Assembly (NCBI GenBank): GCA_013265495.1
Contig: MU058636.1
Location: 7,890,295 to 7,954,294, forward strand
DNA length: 64,000 nt
Source: Vicugna vicugna
Lineage: Eukaryota
Direction: 5' to 3'
Shown here: positions 11,925-25,539 of the stretch, piece after piece
Position numbering within the stretch: the stretch's first letter is position 1
How the letters are laid out: the number at the start of each line of letters is the position of its first letter
The notes under the pieces: model-generated
Seen by the model: the letters and a program-made list of their open reading frames with translations, nothing else
What the model was told of the DNA's origin: nothing
Databases searched by the model: none
Translations under genes and position numbers: made by a program

Positions 11925-12120
11925 GTGTGTGGATTCAGACAGAGGCTGGTTCAAATCCTAAAGCCCTAAATATTACCTCTGTGAACTTGGCCACCTCTCT
12001 GAGCCTCCAAGATCTTGACAACATAAAAAGAATAGTCACTTCCACAGGGGTTGTAAAAATCAAGTAGAACTGGTATGTAAACCATCTAACACTGCACTGC
12101 CTGATGATGCGTGGTAATAT
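11925..12120 (+). mobile_element. MIR SINE
   Basis: ggttcaaatcc...ctgtgaacttggccacctctctgagcctc...caggggttgtaaaaatcaa. Confidence 0.7.
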
Positions 12121-13759
12121 TGTCTCTGTAAATATCAAGCAAACGTGTAGAACTTTTGGCTCCTGAAGGTTCAAATGTTCCCACTTTTTCCTGCCTATCT
12201 ACTCTTCCTACCTTCATGAATTTAATTCCTCTTCCATTCTTCTTTTTTCCACACCCCGAACTTAACCTCTCATTTCTTTGCCCTTCCTGTCCCACTGTCT
12301 TCTTGCTTTCCTTGCTCCCTCTCTAAGCTCCCATGGCCTCAGCAAAGACACACAAGGGGGAGGACTTGTACAGTTGTTCCCCTCAATAGCCCTTCTTCCA
12401 GCCTAGCTCCTCCCCAAGGTCTGCTGGGATCTCTGAGTTTCTGAACTGAGAAGGAGTCTGCTGAGGCAGGGCGTACCACATGCCATGAAAATGCTTGCGA
12501 GGGCCTGAGGAAAGTAGCAATCAGCCAAAGAACCCAACAAATTGCTGAACAGGAAAAAGGATCTTATGCGGTTCAGTAAACCTGATGTCTCTGAGACTTT
12601 CAACCTCTCTTTCTGCCTGTGCTAGTGCAGCTCTCAATCGGCTGTTCCATATAAGTATCAGAGTGTTTCAAGCTTATTTGTACACTCTGCTTCAGTGACC
12701 CTGCAGGTGATTTACCCTGCACTGTTGACAAGGCTGAATGAAATGCCCAGTTCTGCCTGAATTGCTTTTCCCCTTTAGAGACTCTGCCGCCTCCTGGTTT
12801 GGGTTCCCTCCAACTTGGGAGAGTGGTGTGTTCCGCTCCATCCTGCCTCCCCTTCCTTCTGATGCTGTCCTTCCTTCAACCAAAGGCTCCTCTTCTCCAG
12901 CGATTCCATTGGCTTCTTCAGCTTTTCCCAGGAATGACAAGCCTGTCACTCGGGGATGGGTCTGCCCTGCGCTCAGAGTCGGCAGCCCCGGCGGGCGTGT
13001 TCTTCTGCACCCTTGGCGACTTCAGACTGAACTGACTTGTGGTGCCAGCAAAGCTGAGAGGACCTAGAGACGTTTACACTCCAGTCTATAAAAGTTTCCC
13101 CAAAGGATCTGATTTCCAATTACACTGCTATGAGCATGTACTGAAGGAGTTAACTGATTTATGAAATCAATATGCATGGTCCAATCATTTGTGACAGAAC
13201 TCACTCACTATGTGACATACACTTTACCAAAAAAAAAAATAGAAAAGAAGAGAAACATTATTTAGAATGATCAGATTTGGTGGTGGAATGGCTTTTTCTT
13301 ACTCTTGGTGCTACATCTGTTCCAAAATATAACTAATATATGTAGAAACATTTCCCTCTAGTCTTGATGCCACTCTTTCCTCCTACATTAATGCCACATT
13401 CAGTATCTCAAATTTGACACAACGATTTAGCCAAGAAACGTCGTCATGTATGAAGAATAGCATTTTTAAAGCTGTTCCTCTCTATATAACACACACGCTT
13501 ATTCTCTGGATGGGCCTCCCTGGTCCTAACTTAATTTGGGAGGGAGAGAGAAAACAGGAAGGATGCCAAGACCTTGGGAACATGGCTCAGAAAGTGGGGG
13601 ACACCAGGGTTGCTAGGAACAGGCAGAGCACTTATGGAGGGAAATGATCTAATTTATAAAGACATGTCCTTAGGAGGCCACCTGAGTGAGCCAAAGTGAA
13701 CTGTCCAGAGCTGCAAGGGGACCTCAGCTTTCACTGTTCCCTGATCATCTAGACTTTGT

Positions 13760-15050
13760 GGAAGAGTTGCTGCCACTTCCTTTGCTTCCATTCACTCAAC
13801 AACCTGCTGCAGGCTGGTTTCTGCAAACACACACACACACACACACGACTAAAATCACTATGTTCTTTGATGGTCACCAACAACTTTTTTGTCGTTAAAT
13901 TCAATGGACACATCTCTATCCTTCCCCAGTCTGAGCTCCCTGCAGCTGTTGAACATCCCCTCCTCAAAACTCTTTCTTCCCTTTGCTTTAAGACCCCACA
14001 CTCCCCTGGCATTCCTCTGGCCACTGCTCCAATCTCTTTCTCCACATCTTTTTTTCTGCATCACTTTTCTTCTTTTAAATGTTAGTGTTCCTCAAATATC
14101 TGCCATTGTCTTCTTTCCTTTTCATTCTACACAATCACATCCACTCCTGAGGAGTCATTTCTGTCTACATGCTTATGACTCTCCGTTAACCTACAATCCA
14201 ACTACCTCCTGCCCCAAACTCAGCACATCCAACACTAATGTCCCATCTTCCCACTCTGCGCCCCTCGACTTGCTCCCTCACTGGTAGCTACCATGCTTGG
14301 TTCCTGCTACTGCCTCACCTACATTCAAACAGTCTCAAAGGTCTGACCATCAGACTTCCAAAGATCTCAGTTTGACCACTTCCCCTCAACACCATTGATC
14401 TATTTCAGGACACGTAGCTACAGTCCTTAACTGGTCTTCCAACCACCATAGTCATTCTCTTCCTGTCTATTCTCCAATCTGCAGCCAAAGTAATCTTAAG
14501 AAAATTCAAATTTTTTTACTATGTACCATTCTTCAGTGGCTTTCCACTGAACTCAGAATAAAGATAATTTCTCCAGTGGTTGGCTGTAAGACCTTTAGGC
14601 AACGCCCCTCAGTTCCTTATCTCTGCTGGCTCTCCCAGACTTCTCTCCTTGTTTCCCCAGTTAGTCCTGCCCACACGCTCCACCCACCCCAATATGGAAG
14701 GAAGGGCTTGCAATACTGCTCCCTCCTCTACCCCAAGATCTCTGCACATGCAGCTTCTTTTGTCTGGGAACATTAATACCTCTCCCCATCTCTAAAGGCT
14801 AGATCATACACAGCCTTTAGCTTTTCACTTAGACGTCAGCTCCTCCATGGGTCTTGTGTGACCCTCCCAGGCCAGGTCAGGTATCTCATATGGGATTCAT
14901 GCCGCCCCTGCTGGTGGAATACTCAGCACACATCGCTGCACTGATTACTCTGTCTCCCCTCACACGTGGTACTCTGAGCTTGCAAGTCATCCTTACAGCC
15001 TAAGTCCCAGGACATGAGGTACCCTCCATAAAGAATCCATAAATGAACAT
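13760..15050 (+). mobile_element. L2 LINE (decayed RT region to 3' end) containing (AC)10
   Basis: Translation LQAGFC...VTNNFFVVKFNGHISIL..SELPAAVEHPLLKTLSSL resembles L2 RT (QSGF..KVTNDL..K.NG..S.L.LLDLSAAFD..LL.TLSSLG). L2 3' motifs follow (ttcagtggctttccactgaactcagaataaa). Confidence 0.8.
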
Positions 15051-16149
15051 GTGTCATCTAAGAAAAAAAAGGTAAATGTCCTTTGTGCTCATCAGAATTT
15101 TCATACAGAATTCATTTAAAGAAACTAACCAAGTAAAATTCATTTTCAAATGTTTGCTTACAAATGGCACAATATCTCATAAAGCAAGTGAAAGCAGGAA
15201 AAAGTGCTTAGTTTAAATGGTTTTTTTCAAGTCATTTAACTGCATAAAGCTCAGGGTAGCCTCTTCCAGCATCTGCACTTCCCAATCTGCAGGTTTTGGA
15301 CCTGTTTCAGTTTCCTTTGAGGCTGAGAAGTATTACACACTTCATTCCATGCCCTCACTAGGGACCGTGTGCCCCAGCTACGCTGATTCTCTTTCGGGTC
15401 CCCTTTCTCTTTGCCAAAAGAAGCTCTGTGACTCAGCAGCTTATAACCTGCCTTCTTAAATGATAGACCTTTTGGCTCAAAGCAAACAAACGCAATTTAC
15501 CATTACACACCACACAACAATCAAGTTAGAAAAACACTGAACAGATCCCCGTATAATCAGAAAATATCTGCTTATAAACTGCATGTATCTAGAATCATAT
15601 TTTTTTCAGGGTGAGATGGCCATTCAGCAGCGCTTGGCTATGTTGTCATGGTGAATGCTGAAGCACAACAAAGACGTCCTCGTGAAGGAAGCATGCTGTT
15701 AGTACTCTGGGCTCTGATTTTTTCCTCGCAGGATAAAGATGGTATTTTACCAGAAATAATCTATACCCTGGCATCTGATGTAACGCGAATCTGATGAAAA
15801 ATAGAAGACTCCTTTAAAAGTAAGGACATGAAATCCTCTGGTTCACACAATGTGCGGATTGAGAACTCTGGTGGATTTTAGAAATGTGGGGTGCAGGCTG
15901 TGTTCTGAATGCACTAATATAGATTTTTATTGGTGGTCTGTTCCTAATACCTGTGAAAACATACTTTACGTAAAACCTGAATGAATGCAGATGGAGGTTT
16001 TCCTATATTTGTACTTCGTTGTACTTCCTGACACTAGGGCTATAGAAAGCTGAAAAACTGGTAGCCTCAAAGATTTTAAATGCAGCTGGAGAAGTTCTGC
16101 ATATTTTAGGTCCCTGTTAGATAGATTCTGTGATGCACTAGACGATCAC

Positions 16150-16390
16150 TCCTCATCGAAAATAAAGAAGACGCAGACCCTGTCCTCAAGGTGCTCACAG
16201 TCTGGTGCAGATGAGGAGGGAGGGAAGGAGGAAAAAGGAAACAAACACACTAGGCACTATGTAAGATGTTTACATAATTTCACTTCATCTTCATGATAAT
16301 GCCATGTGGTTGGGATTATTAGCTCTGTCTGTCAGAGAAAGAAAGAGAGGCTCAGAGATCCGTTCCCTAAGATTATCCTGGTAGCAACTT
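16150..16390 (-). mobile_element. L2 3' fragment followed by MIR
   Basis: gaccctgtcctcaaggtgctcacagtctggtg (L2); ctaggcactatgtaagatgtttacata...gaggctcagaga (MIR). Confidence 0.6.
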
Positions 16391-18689
16391 GCTACAAAGC
16401 AAGGTGACAGGAGCTGTAGGAGCCAGAGAAGGAGGCGGGGCCGCATTACTGAGTGGTGATGACATCATCAACCGAGATAACCAATAGGAACGTGGGAAGG
16501 AAGTTTGCAAGGTTAGACATAATGAATTTGGAGGTCTCAATTTTGATGTCTCTGTACTTCATTCCCGAGAAGAGTCTCCACTCCATCAGACTCCTCCTCA
16601 GCCTGTAACACAGCAAGCTCTCTCATCCTGAAAGTCTAAGTCGATGTGGCCATCCTTGGACACCTGCTTCTGTTCTGCAGGCTTTATTCCATGACACCAT
16701 GTCCTCCTGCTCCTTGCATTTCACACAACTTCTGCTTTATCTTTTTTGGTGGATTCCTCTCCTTTGACGTGCCTTTTAAACATTGGGTTTTGTTTTTCAC
16801 CCCAAAGTTCAGTCCTGGCCTCTTCTCTTCTGGATTTGTACATAACCCCTGGGGATCTCACCCATGCCGTAAGCCTGGCATCCCCCTCAACTCCAGACCC
16901 CAATTTCCAGCTGTCTGTCACTGCTCCCTGCCTGGGTTTCCACTGACAGGAATGCGAAGCCAGCCATTTTCAAATGGTGTGACTGTCCTTACTGGCTACA
17001 GAACACTGGAGAATCATGACATCTTCCCCAATTCTACAATGAATAAACTTGTTGAGCTATTATCCCAGATTCCTAATCAAACACCAATTTTCTCTAACCT
17101 CCACCCCCACCCAATATTTCCTCAAGGAGTGATATTTGGAATAATACGATGATTTAAAAATCTCCTTTCCTTTCATTTCATTGTCCCCACATGGCCAACC
17201 AGAATTGAATAACTACAAAAACTTAGAACACTGCTACAATTCCCAAAATGCGTCCTCCCATGTCTGATCCAGTGCCACTACACTGCCAGATAAATCTTCC
17301 AAACACATACATTATGTACCATTTTGAGGCCCTGCTCAAGACCCTGTAATGGCTCCCACTGCTTTCTGCATTAAGTCTTAGTTCCTTTGTGCAGCTTTTT
17401 AAGACCCTCTAAATTTGGCTCTAATGCTACTTATTTATACTCTTCTCCTCCAAGGCCGCCTTTTCATGGACAGAACCATCTCTTCTCTATACAGGGCCCT
17501 GACACCTAGTGGGTTCTGTCTCCACTCCCTTACCAGCTGGAGTGCCTTCCTGCCCTCTCCAACTCCCTCCCACTCCTCCTCCATCCCTTCAGGGCCAAGG
17601 GAAGTTCTCCCCTTTCCACAGAGTTGTCCAACTTTTCCAGCCCCTGTGGGGCACTCTTCCTGCCCAGGACAGACAAAGTCAAAATGAGGTAATGTTTGGG
17701 AGGGGATGGGTTCTCAATTGTTCTTTGTCTGCTGGGGCTCCTTTGGAAATGCATCTTCAGTTTCTTTCTCTGCTCCCTACACAACTAGGGAAGGGCAAAG
17801 CAAGCAGCAGACGTGAACACCGACCGAGCGCTCGACGGTAGAGTGTGCACCTGTCCTTTAGCTCTGAGGCCAGCACTTTATCTCTAGTTGAATGTCAGCA
17901 GCTGGGGAACCAGTGACTAACATTCTTACTACAAACCCAGTTGTTTTAGTGAATGGAAACCTCTAACCGGATGAGTCACAGAGAAGCCTCCATAACTTCA
18001 TTCAACACTAAGCAAGATGTAATGTTTTCCTCTGGCAGGTTTCAGATATGTGCAGTTGGCTTGGAATCTGTGCCCTATTTTAAAGGTGATAAAAAGCTAA
18101 TGAGAAGAAATGATGGGGGAGTTTATGGCTACGGAAATTTTAAGCTTCAATCATCCACACCTCCTTTATGTCACCTGCTACCCGGGCTCAATTCACGTGC
18201 TCATGTCGCCTGACAGTCTTTCCAAGATTTAATATGTCACCATTTCACGGCTACTTACGTGTAGTGCCTGTTTGCTGCTTTTGATTCATTTAGGAGAGAC
18301 ACGACTAATGTGGAAAGGAACAGAACTTGAGCCTCTTGGTTTAACTCTTAAACTCCTCTTCTTCAGATGCTTATAGAAGATCCAGGCCCTTCCCAGACTC
18401 TCTGCAGTCTGTTTCTTCAGTCATTTCAAATATTAGAATTAGCTTCCCCTGAATGTTTATTCTAAACGTTAATTATATATTAACAGAAGAACCAAAAATA
18501 AATAGCATTTATATTTTTGGTTTCCAGTAGTTATTTATGTCTCTGTCTTCAGAATGAAGTCACTTCCTTACTGCCTAATCAGAAGCCTGAATTTAGGTAA
18601 CAAGGACAGCCATGGACCTAGTATTTCAAAACAGAAAAATAATTTCATAGCTGACGATGCTTGTTTCCATGGCCATTACCCGGTGGTCT

Positions 18690-19460
18690 TCACTGAATGC
18701 TGTCCCTGGGCTGCCTGGAAACCACATATCCACCCTCCAAGACCCAGTTCTAATGTCTTTCTCTCCATGAGGTCTCCTCTAACTCCCCCGGCAGAGCTGG
18801 GCCTCTCTTCTTCGTATTCCTATAGCACTTAAAATTTTTTTTTATTGAAGTATAATCAGTTTACAATGCTGTGTCAATTTCTGGTGTTCAGCATAATGTC
18901 CAGTCATACATATACACACATACATTCCTTCAGTCTTGCCCTTCACCAGTTGAGGCAACTCTTAGTGACGTCTCTAAAATGTGTCTACAAGTTATCACTC
19001 CTTTGATGGGTGAATCCTATGATCTGAGGGATGAGGTGCAGATTCCTTTGCGAGAACAAGGCCCTTCATGACCTGGTCCACATCCATCCGCACCTTCTAC
19101 TCGGCTTCTGCCCTCCTCCACCTGTGCTCTGCACTCTCACCATTTCCAAACGACAGCACGTCTCTGGCACTTCTCTTTCGTGTTTCTGTGCTTCTGTTCT
19201 CTTAGCTGGGAACAGCCCTCATCTACTTTGTGGGCTTGAGGAACTGTTATTTATCTTACAAAATTTAGCTTAAATGTCACTTCCTCTTTGACCCCAGGTA
19301 AATGTGTTGCTCCACCCCGTGCCTCTTGAAGTCCTCACCCCTTTGTATAGTGGCGTCATTTGTTTATCTGTCTGTCTCCCTCCCAGGACTGGGTCTTATA
19401 CACCTTTGTATACTCAGAGCTCAACTCCACGGGTGGCCTCCAGTAAGGGGATAATAAATA
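18690..19460 (+). mobile_element. L2 fragments
   Basis: cttaaatgtcacttcctct, tttatctgtctgtctccctccc, ataataaatattt 3' end motifs. Confidence 0.55.
18835..18930 (-). mobile_element. Short 5'-truncated lineage-specific L1 3' end
   Basis: tttttttattgaagtataatcagtttacaatgctgtgtcaatttctggtgttcagcata; homologous to the 3' end of the L1 at 36049-36579. Confidence 0.8.
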
Positions 19461-21402
19461 TTTTTATTACAAAGACTTACACACAAAGCTAAACAAATCA
19501 AAGTCCTGCTTCGTGGAAATTAGTCTATGTCTGAGTCTTTACGAAGCCCATCTGGCATACTTCAAATTCTAATGACAATTACAGATTCTTAGCTGAACCT
19601 TCCTCTATGTGGGTTTCATGGCAAAGGTCCATGTTTTTTAAGAACTTTCCTGGGTTAACTCTTATGTTTTTATACAAAGAAGCCCTTTTTGGAAGCAGAC
19701 CTTTCCACCCATACTTTTCCCCTTCTGTACTACGCATGGTTTACGCAACTTGTAGAAAGCCAGACTGCTTTATAGGTTCAAAACCACAATAACATTCCTC
19801 ATTTAGTACCTGATTCATTGTAAACAGTAATATTAATGCTCTGGTAATTCTCCTGAGTTGTCATTGGGACCGGCTCACTGCTATCCTGGAGGGAAAGGTG
19901 AGAATTTAAGCGTGGGCTTTTTCTTATAAGCAGGTAGGCTTAGGGATTTTTAAAAGTCTCTCAGCCCATCCTCAAAAGCTGATATTAACATGAAGAGTTG
20001 TTTCCCCCATCCCACTTAGTTTATGACATAAATTATACTTTTGGAAGCCCCTGCAACTATTATTTCCTCCTCTTCCTGCTTAAAAAGCAAAATTGAAAAT
20101 AAAACAATGAAAAATATAATTAGTTTAAAGATAATTGACCAAAAGAGAATTGATAATATTAAGCAAACAAGGTAGAATTAGATAGAATTTCATCCCAAGA
20201 GTTATCTGTGAGTGCTGAGTCATGGAAAAAGACAAAATTATATTCAGGAGGGAAACAAGATTGGACTGAAGGAGGGACAGGATAGGGCACTGGAGTAACA
20301 GGGCAAGACAAGGGCACTCAAGGGCAGTGAAGATGGTGGCTTGAAGCATCAAGAAAACAGAGGACAGAGTAGAGTAAGTGAGACTTGGCTATTTAGGAAA
20401 ATAAGTCAGGAATACTGGGCACATTCATTAAAGGCACCGCACTGAATTCATCACCATGTGTACTCGGGGTAGCATGGTGGTCAGAGACACATCACATGTC
20501 ATGTCTTATTCTCAACCAAGGACACAACTTCAGTTATTTCATAGCAAGTCCAAAACATCTGATGTTGAAATATAGTCGATATCATCCCTGAATTATATCT
20601 TTGAAATACAGTCACATTTTCAAATAAAAAAAAGATTTCAGCGAGACTTTAAAAACTTCGAAAGTACTACCATTCTGTTATGAATCTTAAAAACTTGGCT
20701 GTGTAGAGAAAATGAAAATGATCTTCAACTTGAGGTGTTTAGAAAAGTAATGTTCCGTGGGTTAAGGACCACTTGAGCAGAAATGAGAACGACTGGCTAA
20801 AGAAGTTTCAGTGCGGTCTGAATAGAAAACATGAATTTTGACTAAGCTTTTTCACTAGTGAGGCACTCAACCTCACCTGCTATGGAAATTCTCTGCGATG
20901 GGCACTGCCTTCCCAGGTCTGAGCACGAGAGGCCACCATCTGGGGAAAAGCTGCATTGGAAGACAGTGACTCTAATTTACTTATGTGGCAATTTGCCTGG
21001 AAATTTCTGTTCCAAATGGTCTCCCAGCTTCTCTTCCAGGAAGAATTAAAAGTAGCCAATTCACCATTCCTGTGCTTGACTGGAATACCAGAAACAATGG
21101 GCATGCTGTGAGTTTACTTTCAAGGAAGAAGAGCCAAATTCCAGAAATGTGAATATTTCGGGGGCACCATAGCAGATATTGAACGATGCTTTCTTTGCCT
21201 GGGGAACGTGTGACTTTCTATAAAAACAGTCCAGACCCAACCCTTCCATTTTCTCACACAAGGACACCTAGCCTTTTGAGAGGTTGTGTCACTCTTGTGA
21301 CAGAAGAATCTGTAGCATAAGAAACCCTGTACTCTCTGGGGAGCTTTTCATTCTGAGAATGCACTCAGGACAGTCTGGTTCTCTCCCCTCACAAATATTC
21401 TA

Positions 21403-21726
21403 AAACTGTGCCATCAAATGGGGTGACTGTATGTGACTACTGAGCCCCTGAAAGGGGCTGGTCTAAACTGAGATGTGCTGGAAATGTAAAATACACACCG
21501 GATTTCTAACACTTAGTACCTCCCCCAAATGTAAAACAACTCGTTAATAATTTCACACCAATTAACATGTTAATAACATAATATCCTATCATATGATGAT
21601 ACAGTGGCTCAAATGAAACACATTGCTAAAATTGGTTTTACCTGTTTCTTTTTTTAATGTGGCTACTAGAAGATTAAAATTCTATACGTGTCCTGTATTA
21701 GCTTCCCACTAGACCTAGACAGTGTT
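21403..21726 (+). mobile_element. MER33-like hAT-Charlie MITE
   Basis: ctgagatgtgctggaaatgtaaaatacacaccggatttc...ttaatgtggctactagaagattaaaatt matches the recalled MER33 consensus. Confidence 0.8.
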
Positions 21727-21949
21727 CCTCTAAAATTGTGAAAACCCAACCTTTTCCTAAGTACTAGAATTGGACAGAACCCAGCAGGAATGCCAGCTTT
21801 GAAAGCCTGAGCTGGAACTTTAGATCCTAGATGCTGAGATGAAGGGTCGCACAATGAGCAGTAGAAGGATTTACCCTGGGAAGCAAGGTGATGGGCAAAG
21901 ACAAATAAGCCATGAGGACCAGGTTTCCATGAGTGATTCAGGAGGGGAG

Positions 21950-22135
21950 CTGTGGTCCTCAGATGTGGTCCTCTGACCATTAGCATCAGCATCACCTCGG
22001 AACCCGTTAGACATGCAAATGCTCAGGTCCCATCCTTGACCCACTGAATCAGAAACGTGGAGGGTGGGACCCAGTAATCTCTGTATTAACAAGCCCACCC
22101 AGGTGATTCTCGTCCACTCTCATTTTAGAAATACT
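21950..22135. mobile_element. MER5A hAT-Charlie MITE
   Basis: agcatcagcatcacctcggaacccgttagacatgcaaatgctcagg...actgaatcagaaac...ttaacaagccc...caggtgattct. Confidence 0.85.
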
Positions 22136-22366
22136 TTTATGTCTCATTTAACACCCACCTGCTCTGTGGGTTGGAATTAGTTTTCACCCCATTTAACAAG
22201 TGAAGAGACTATGTGATAAAGAAATTAAGAAACTCACCCCAATCACATAACCTTAAGTGGTAAAAAATCAGGCTTTCAACTCCTGTGTTTCTAATCCCAG
22301 GGTTGATACTCGTAATCAGATGTCAAATCAATAACAAAAACCAAAAGAAGAGAAATAGGGGATCTA

Positions 22367-22550
22367 GGTCAGCGGCTGTTAAGTTTTTTGGAGTCATCAA
22401 CCTGAGAATCTGAGAAAACTCTGGTCCCTCTTCCACAAAAATGCACTTTTACACAAGCTGATAATTTCAGGAGGTCATTGACCCCTTGAGGATCCTGCCT
22501 GCGTTCAATTCTACAATCCCTCATCCAGAGCCCCAGACTGGATGATGAGT
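22367..22550. mobile_element. Old hAT-Charlie MITE (Charlie4z-like)
   Basis: tgagaatctgagaaaactctggtccctcttccacaaaaatgcac...aatttcaggaggtcattgacccc. Confidence 0.45.
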
Positions 22551-23698
22551 CATTCTTGTAGTAAACTAGTCCCCTTTTATAGGAATAGGGTTCCGTATGT
22601 AAAATGCTTCCTACTAAAGATACACCAAAGGAAAAATTCGGTCTCAAATGTTTGACAGATAAGAATTTGTTTCTTCTACTGGCTTAATCAGGAACAAAAT
22701 GCTCATTAGTGGCTTATAACCTCAACTGCCTTTTAGCAGAGAGAGCAGCAGGCATCGAACGGGTCTTGAAATCTGAAACGGGCTGCATCTTGGGGATGGA
22801 GGGCCATGGACCTTGGTCACATTTGGTTGTAACGTCTGAGCCTTGCTATGAAATGAGTAAAGGACCTTGCTTATAGCGTCTGTCTTTCTCATTTGAAGAT
22901 AATGTTAATGACAGGAATTTCTTCCTGCGATAGTTTTGGGAGCAAATTGAGCTGAAAAAATTAATGTACAATGAAAGTGCCTTTGTGTTGGCAGCACAGA
23001 GGCTATTTGCAGAGCCTGAAGCCACTTGATAAGCCCAGCGCAGCTCATTTTGAACCTGACCTGGAACTTTTATCATTTATTTCCAGACAATGGTGATCAA
23101 GTGCTTGGGGATGGTGGGGAAGGAGGGGAGACTGGTTTCTTTTTAATCCACCTGCAAAAATAAAGCTGAACATTTATTTTTCATAAAAGAGAAAATAGGT
23201 TGTCTTGAACTGTATTGGTAAATCCTTATTGTTCCCTTTAATAAGTAGTTCTACATTTCAGAAGACAGGGAAATACTAAGGGTGAATACATACCTCTCTT
23301 CACTTGGCATTTATTAAAAGCCTTGAAATAACAGGCAATCACTGATATAAATGGATTGAGTTCTGAAAGTTTGTACCTGGGAAATTTTTCTATAAAAATT
23401 ATAAATAAAATAATATTTATCATACATACATTGGCTTTGTTTTCTTCTTTCCTAACAACATGAAAGATTATTTAACGTACATCTTTGGAATCATCCTGCA
23501 AAACCCAACCATTATTTATGGCACTATTTCCACGGGGTAATGCAATTAATGTTAGAAATCTATTTTCACCTATCACTAGCAAAAAGAGAGTCTTTTACTA
23601 CCTTCAGCAAATCTCAAAAACAGATCAGGGATTTTTCTTTTGACTGGCTCTGGTGGAACTTTCTCCTCTCTGGCAGCTAGTTTTACAAGTGTGAGAAA

Positions 23699-23717
23699 AT
23701 CCGCCCCCTGGTGGTGA
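23699..23717 (-). promoter_or_regulatory. CTCF binding motif
   Basis: Minus strand reads TCACCACCAGGGGGCGGAT; the core CCACCAGGGGGCG equals the canonical CTCF core. Confidence 0.7.
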
Positions 23718-24102
23718 TCACATATAAACATGAAATATTAATAAATCAGGTGTTCATTGTAAACTGCTTATGCATTTCTTCCCTCCCTCACCATGAGGTT
23801 TTAAAACACATCTTTATATCTCCCAAAACATCTAGGGAATTATGTTGCATCTGAGAGACAATCAGCAAGTATGATGGATAATTACTAAGAACATTGAATC
23901 TTTAGTGACAATTGGACAAGGGTGAATGACATTCTTGCTAGCTCCCGGCATAGACTCAAAAGCAAAAGGGTTTTTCTTCCAATATGAGTACACCAACATA
24001 GGATTTACTTTAAAGTGGCTCCCAATAGTACCAATACATTTCTAACAAACTAGTCCCTAAATTGAAATTTCTGTGCCCAGCTTTTTCAAACACCACATCC
24101 TC

Positions 24103-24122
24103 CACACACACACACACACACA
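24103..24122. repeat. (CA)10 microsatellite
   Basis: Perfect run. Confidence 0.95.
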
Positions 24123-24437
24123 TCCTTCCTATCACATTTAATGTTCCAGTTAAACTGGTGTTCTTGTCATTTCCCCAGACACAATTTTCACTGCTCCCCT
24201 TTGCCTTTATTTATGGTTCTCCTTTGGCCTTACTGCCTAGAAGGGATTCCCTTTTTCTTTCTATATTGCCTTAAGTCTCATGGTCCAACACTGCTACCCT
24301 CTAGCAATATGAAGAATAGTTACTCTATCTTTCTTTCCTGAGATATATTGAGAACCTGGACTATACAATGCTTGGGACTGTGATCTCTCTCGTATTAAAA
24401 AATTAAAAAGAACAAGTCAAAACCAATTTTTTGTCTT

Positions 24438-24705
24438 CACAGACATAGAAAACAAACTTATTGTCATTAAAGGGGAAAGGGAGGGGAACGGATACATTAG
24501 GAGTTTGGGATTAGCAGATACAAACTACTACATATAAAACTGATAAACAACAAGGCCCTACAGTATAGCATAGGGAAGTATTCAATATCTTGTAATAAAC
24601 TATAATAGTAAAGAATATGAAAAATAATATATATCTGAGTCACATTGCTGTATACCAGAAACTAATATGACGTTGTAAATCAACTATATTTCAATTAAAA
24701 ACAAA
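24438..24705 (+). mobile_element. Artiodactyl-type L1 3' end
   Basis: cacagacatagaaaacaaactta...ggagtttgggattagcagatacaaactac...gtaaatcaactatatttcaattaaaa; degenerate flanking tttttgtct duplication. Confidence 0.85.
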
Positions 24706-25539
24706 CGGATTTTTGTCTGAATTACCCTGCCTAAATAACGAACACTTCCTTATGTCTTATCTTACTTCTAATTTTCCATTCCACACAGTTCAAAACTTGA
24801 TTATATAACATCTTGTTCAGATGTTTCTAAATTAGGTTATAAGCTCCTAGGCCAAAAACTTTTTGTACACTTTTATACGTCTTTACTTCAGGGATCGTTT
24901 ACCACATTTAATCATTCATTTACTTAATCCACTCATTCAATGAGCATCTATGAAATGTGAATGAGACATTGTTGGTGATATACATTGTGCTTACCTCTAA
25001 CCATTCATCCAACCCAATATTCTATCTTTCGGCCACACTGGCCTGCTTGCTGCATTTTATCAATTCTGTTTCAGTGAATACTGTTTTCTTTTCTTGAATG
25101 TTCTTTCTATGATCCTTGTCCACCTGACCAATGACAGATAATCTTGAGGTTACTGATGTAACAGAGTGTCAAGGAAGGAAGTCAGAAGGGGCTGTGGAGA
25201 AAGGCCTTGGCAATGAAGAGTTAGCAGTACGTTATTACTCACTGATAAGCCAATCACTGATGATTGTTGGTTGTGAAATAGCTAGACATACGATGTTCCC
25301 TAAGAGGCAAGACCCAAATGTTGCCTCTTCTTCCTTGCTTTCCCTAGGCCCATTCCTCACCTCTCAATAAAACAGAGAATTATTTCTCTAGAAATTAATT
25401 CTGCTAGAATTATTTCCTCTTCTACTTTAATGAGAAAACCAAGCCATCACTTACGAGTTCCTTCATTCCCAAAGTTCTAACAAAGAAATGAAATTTCTTC
25501 ATTTCTAAGGTTCTCTTTTCTGAGATTGACTTAGGATTC

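Noticed and set aside
16646..17152. 168-aa ORF
   Set aside because: GTG start, pyrimidine-rich composition, no recognisable domain or exon structure.
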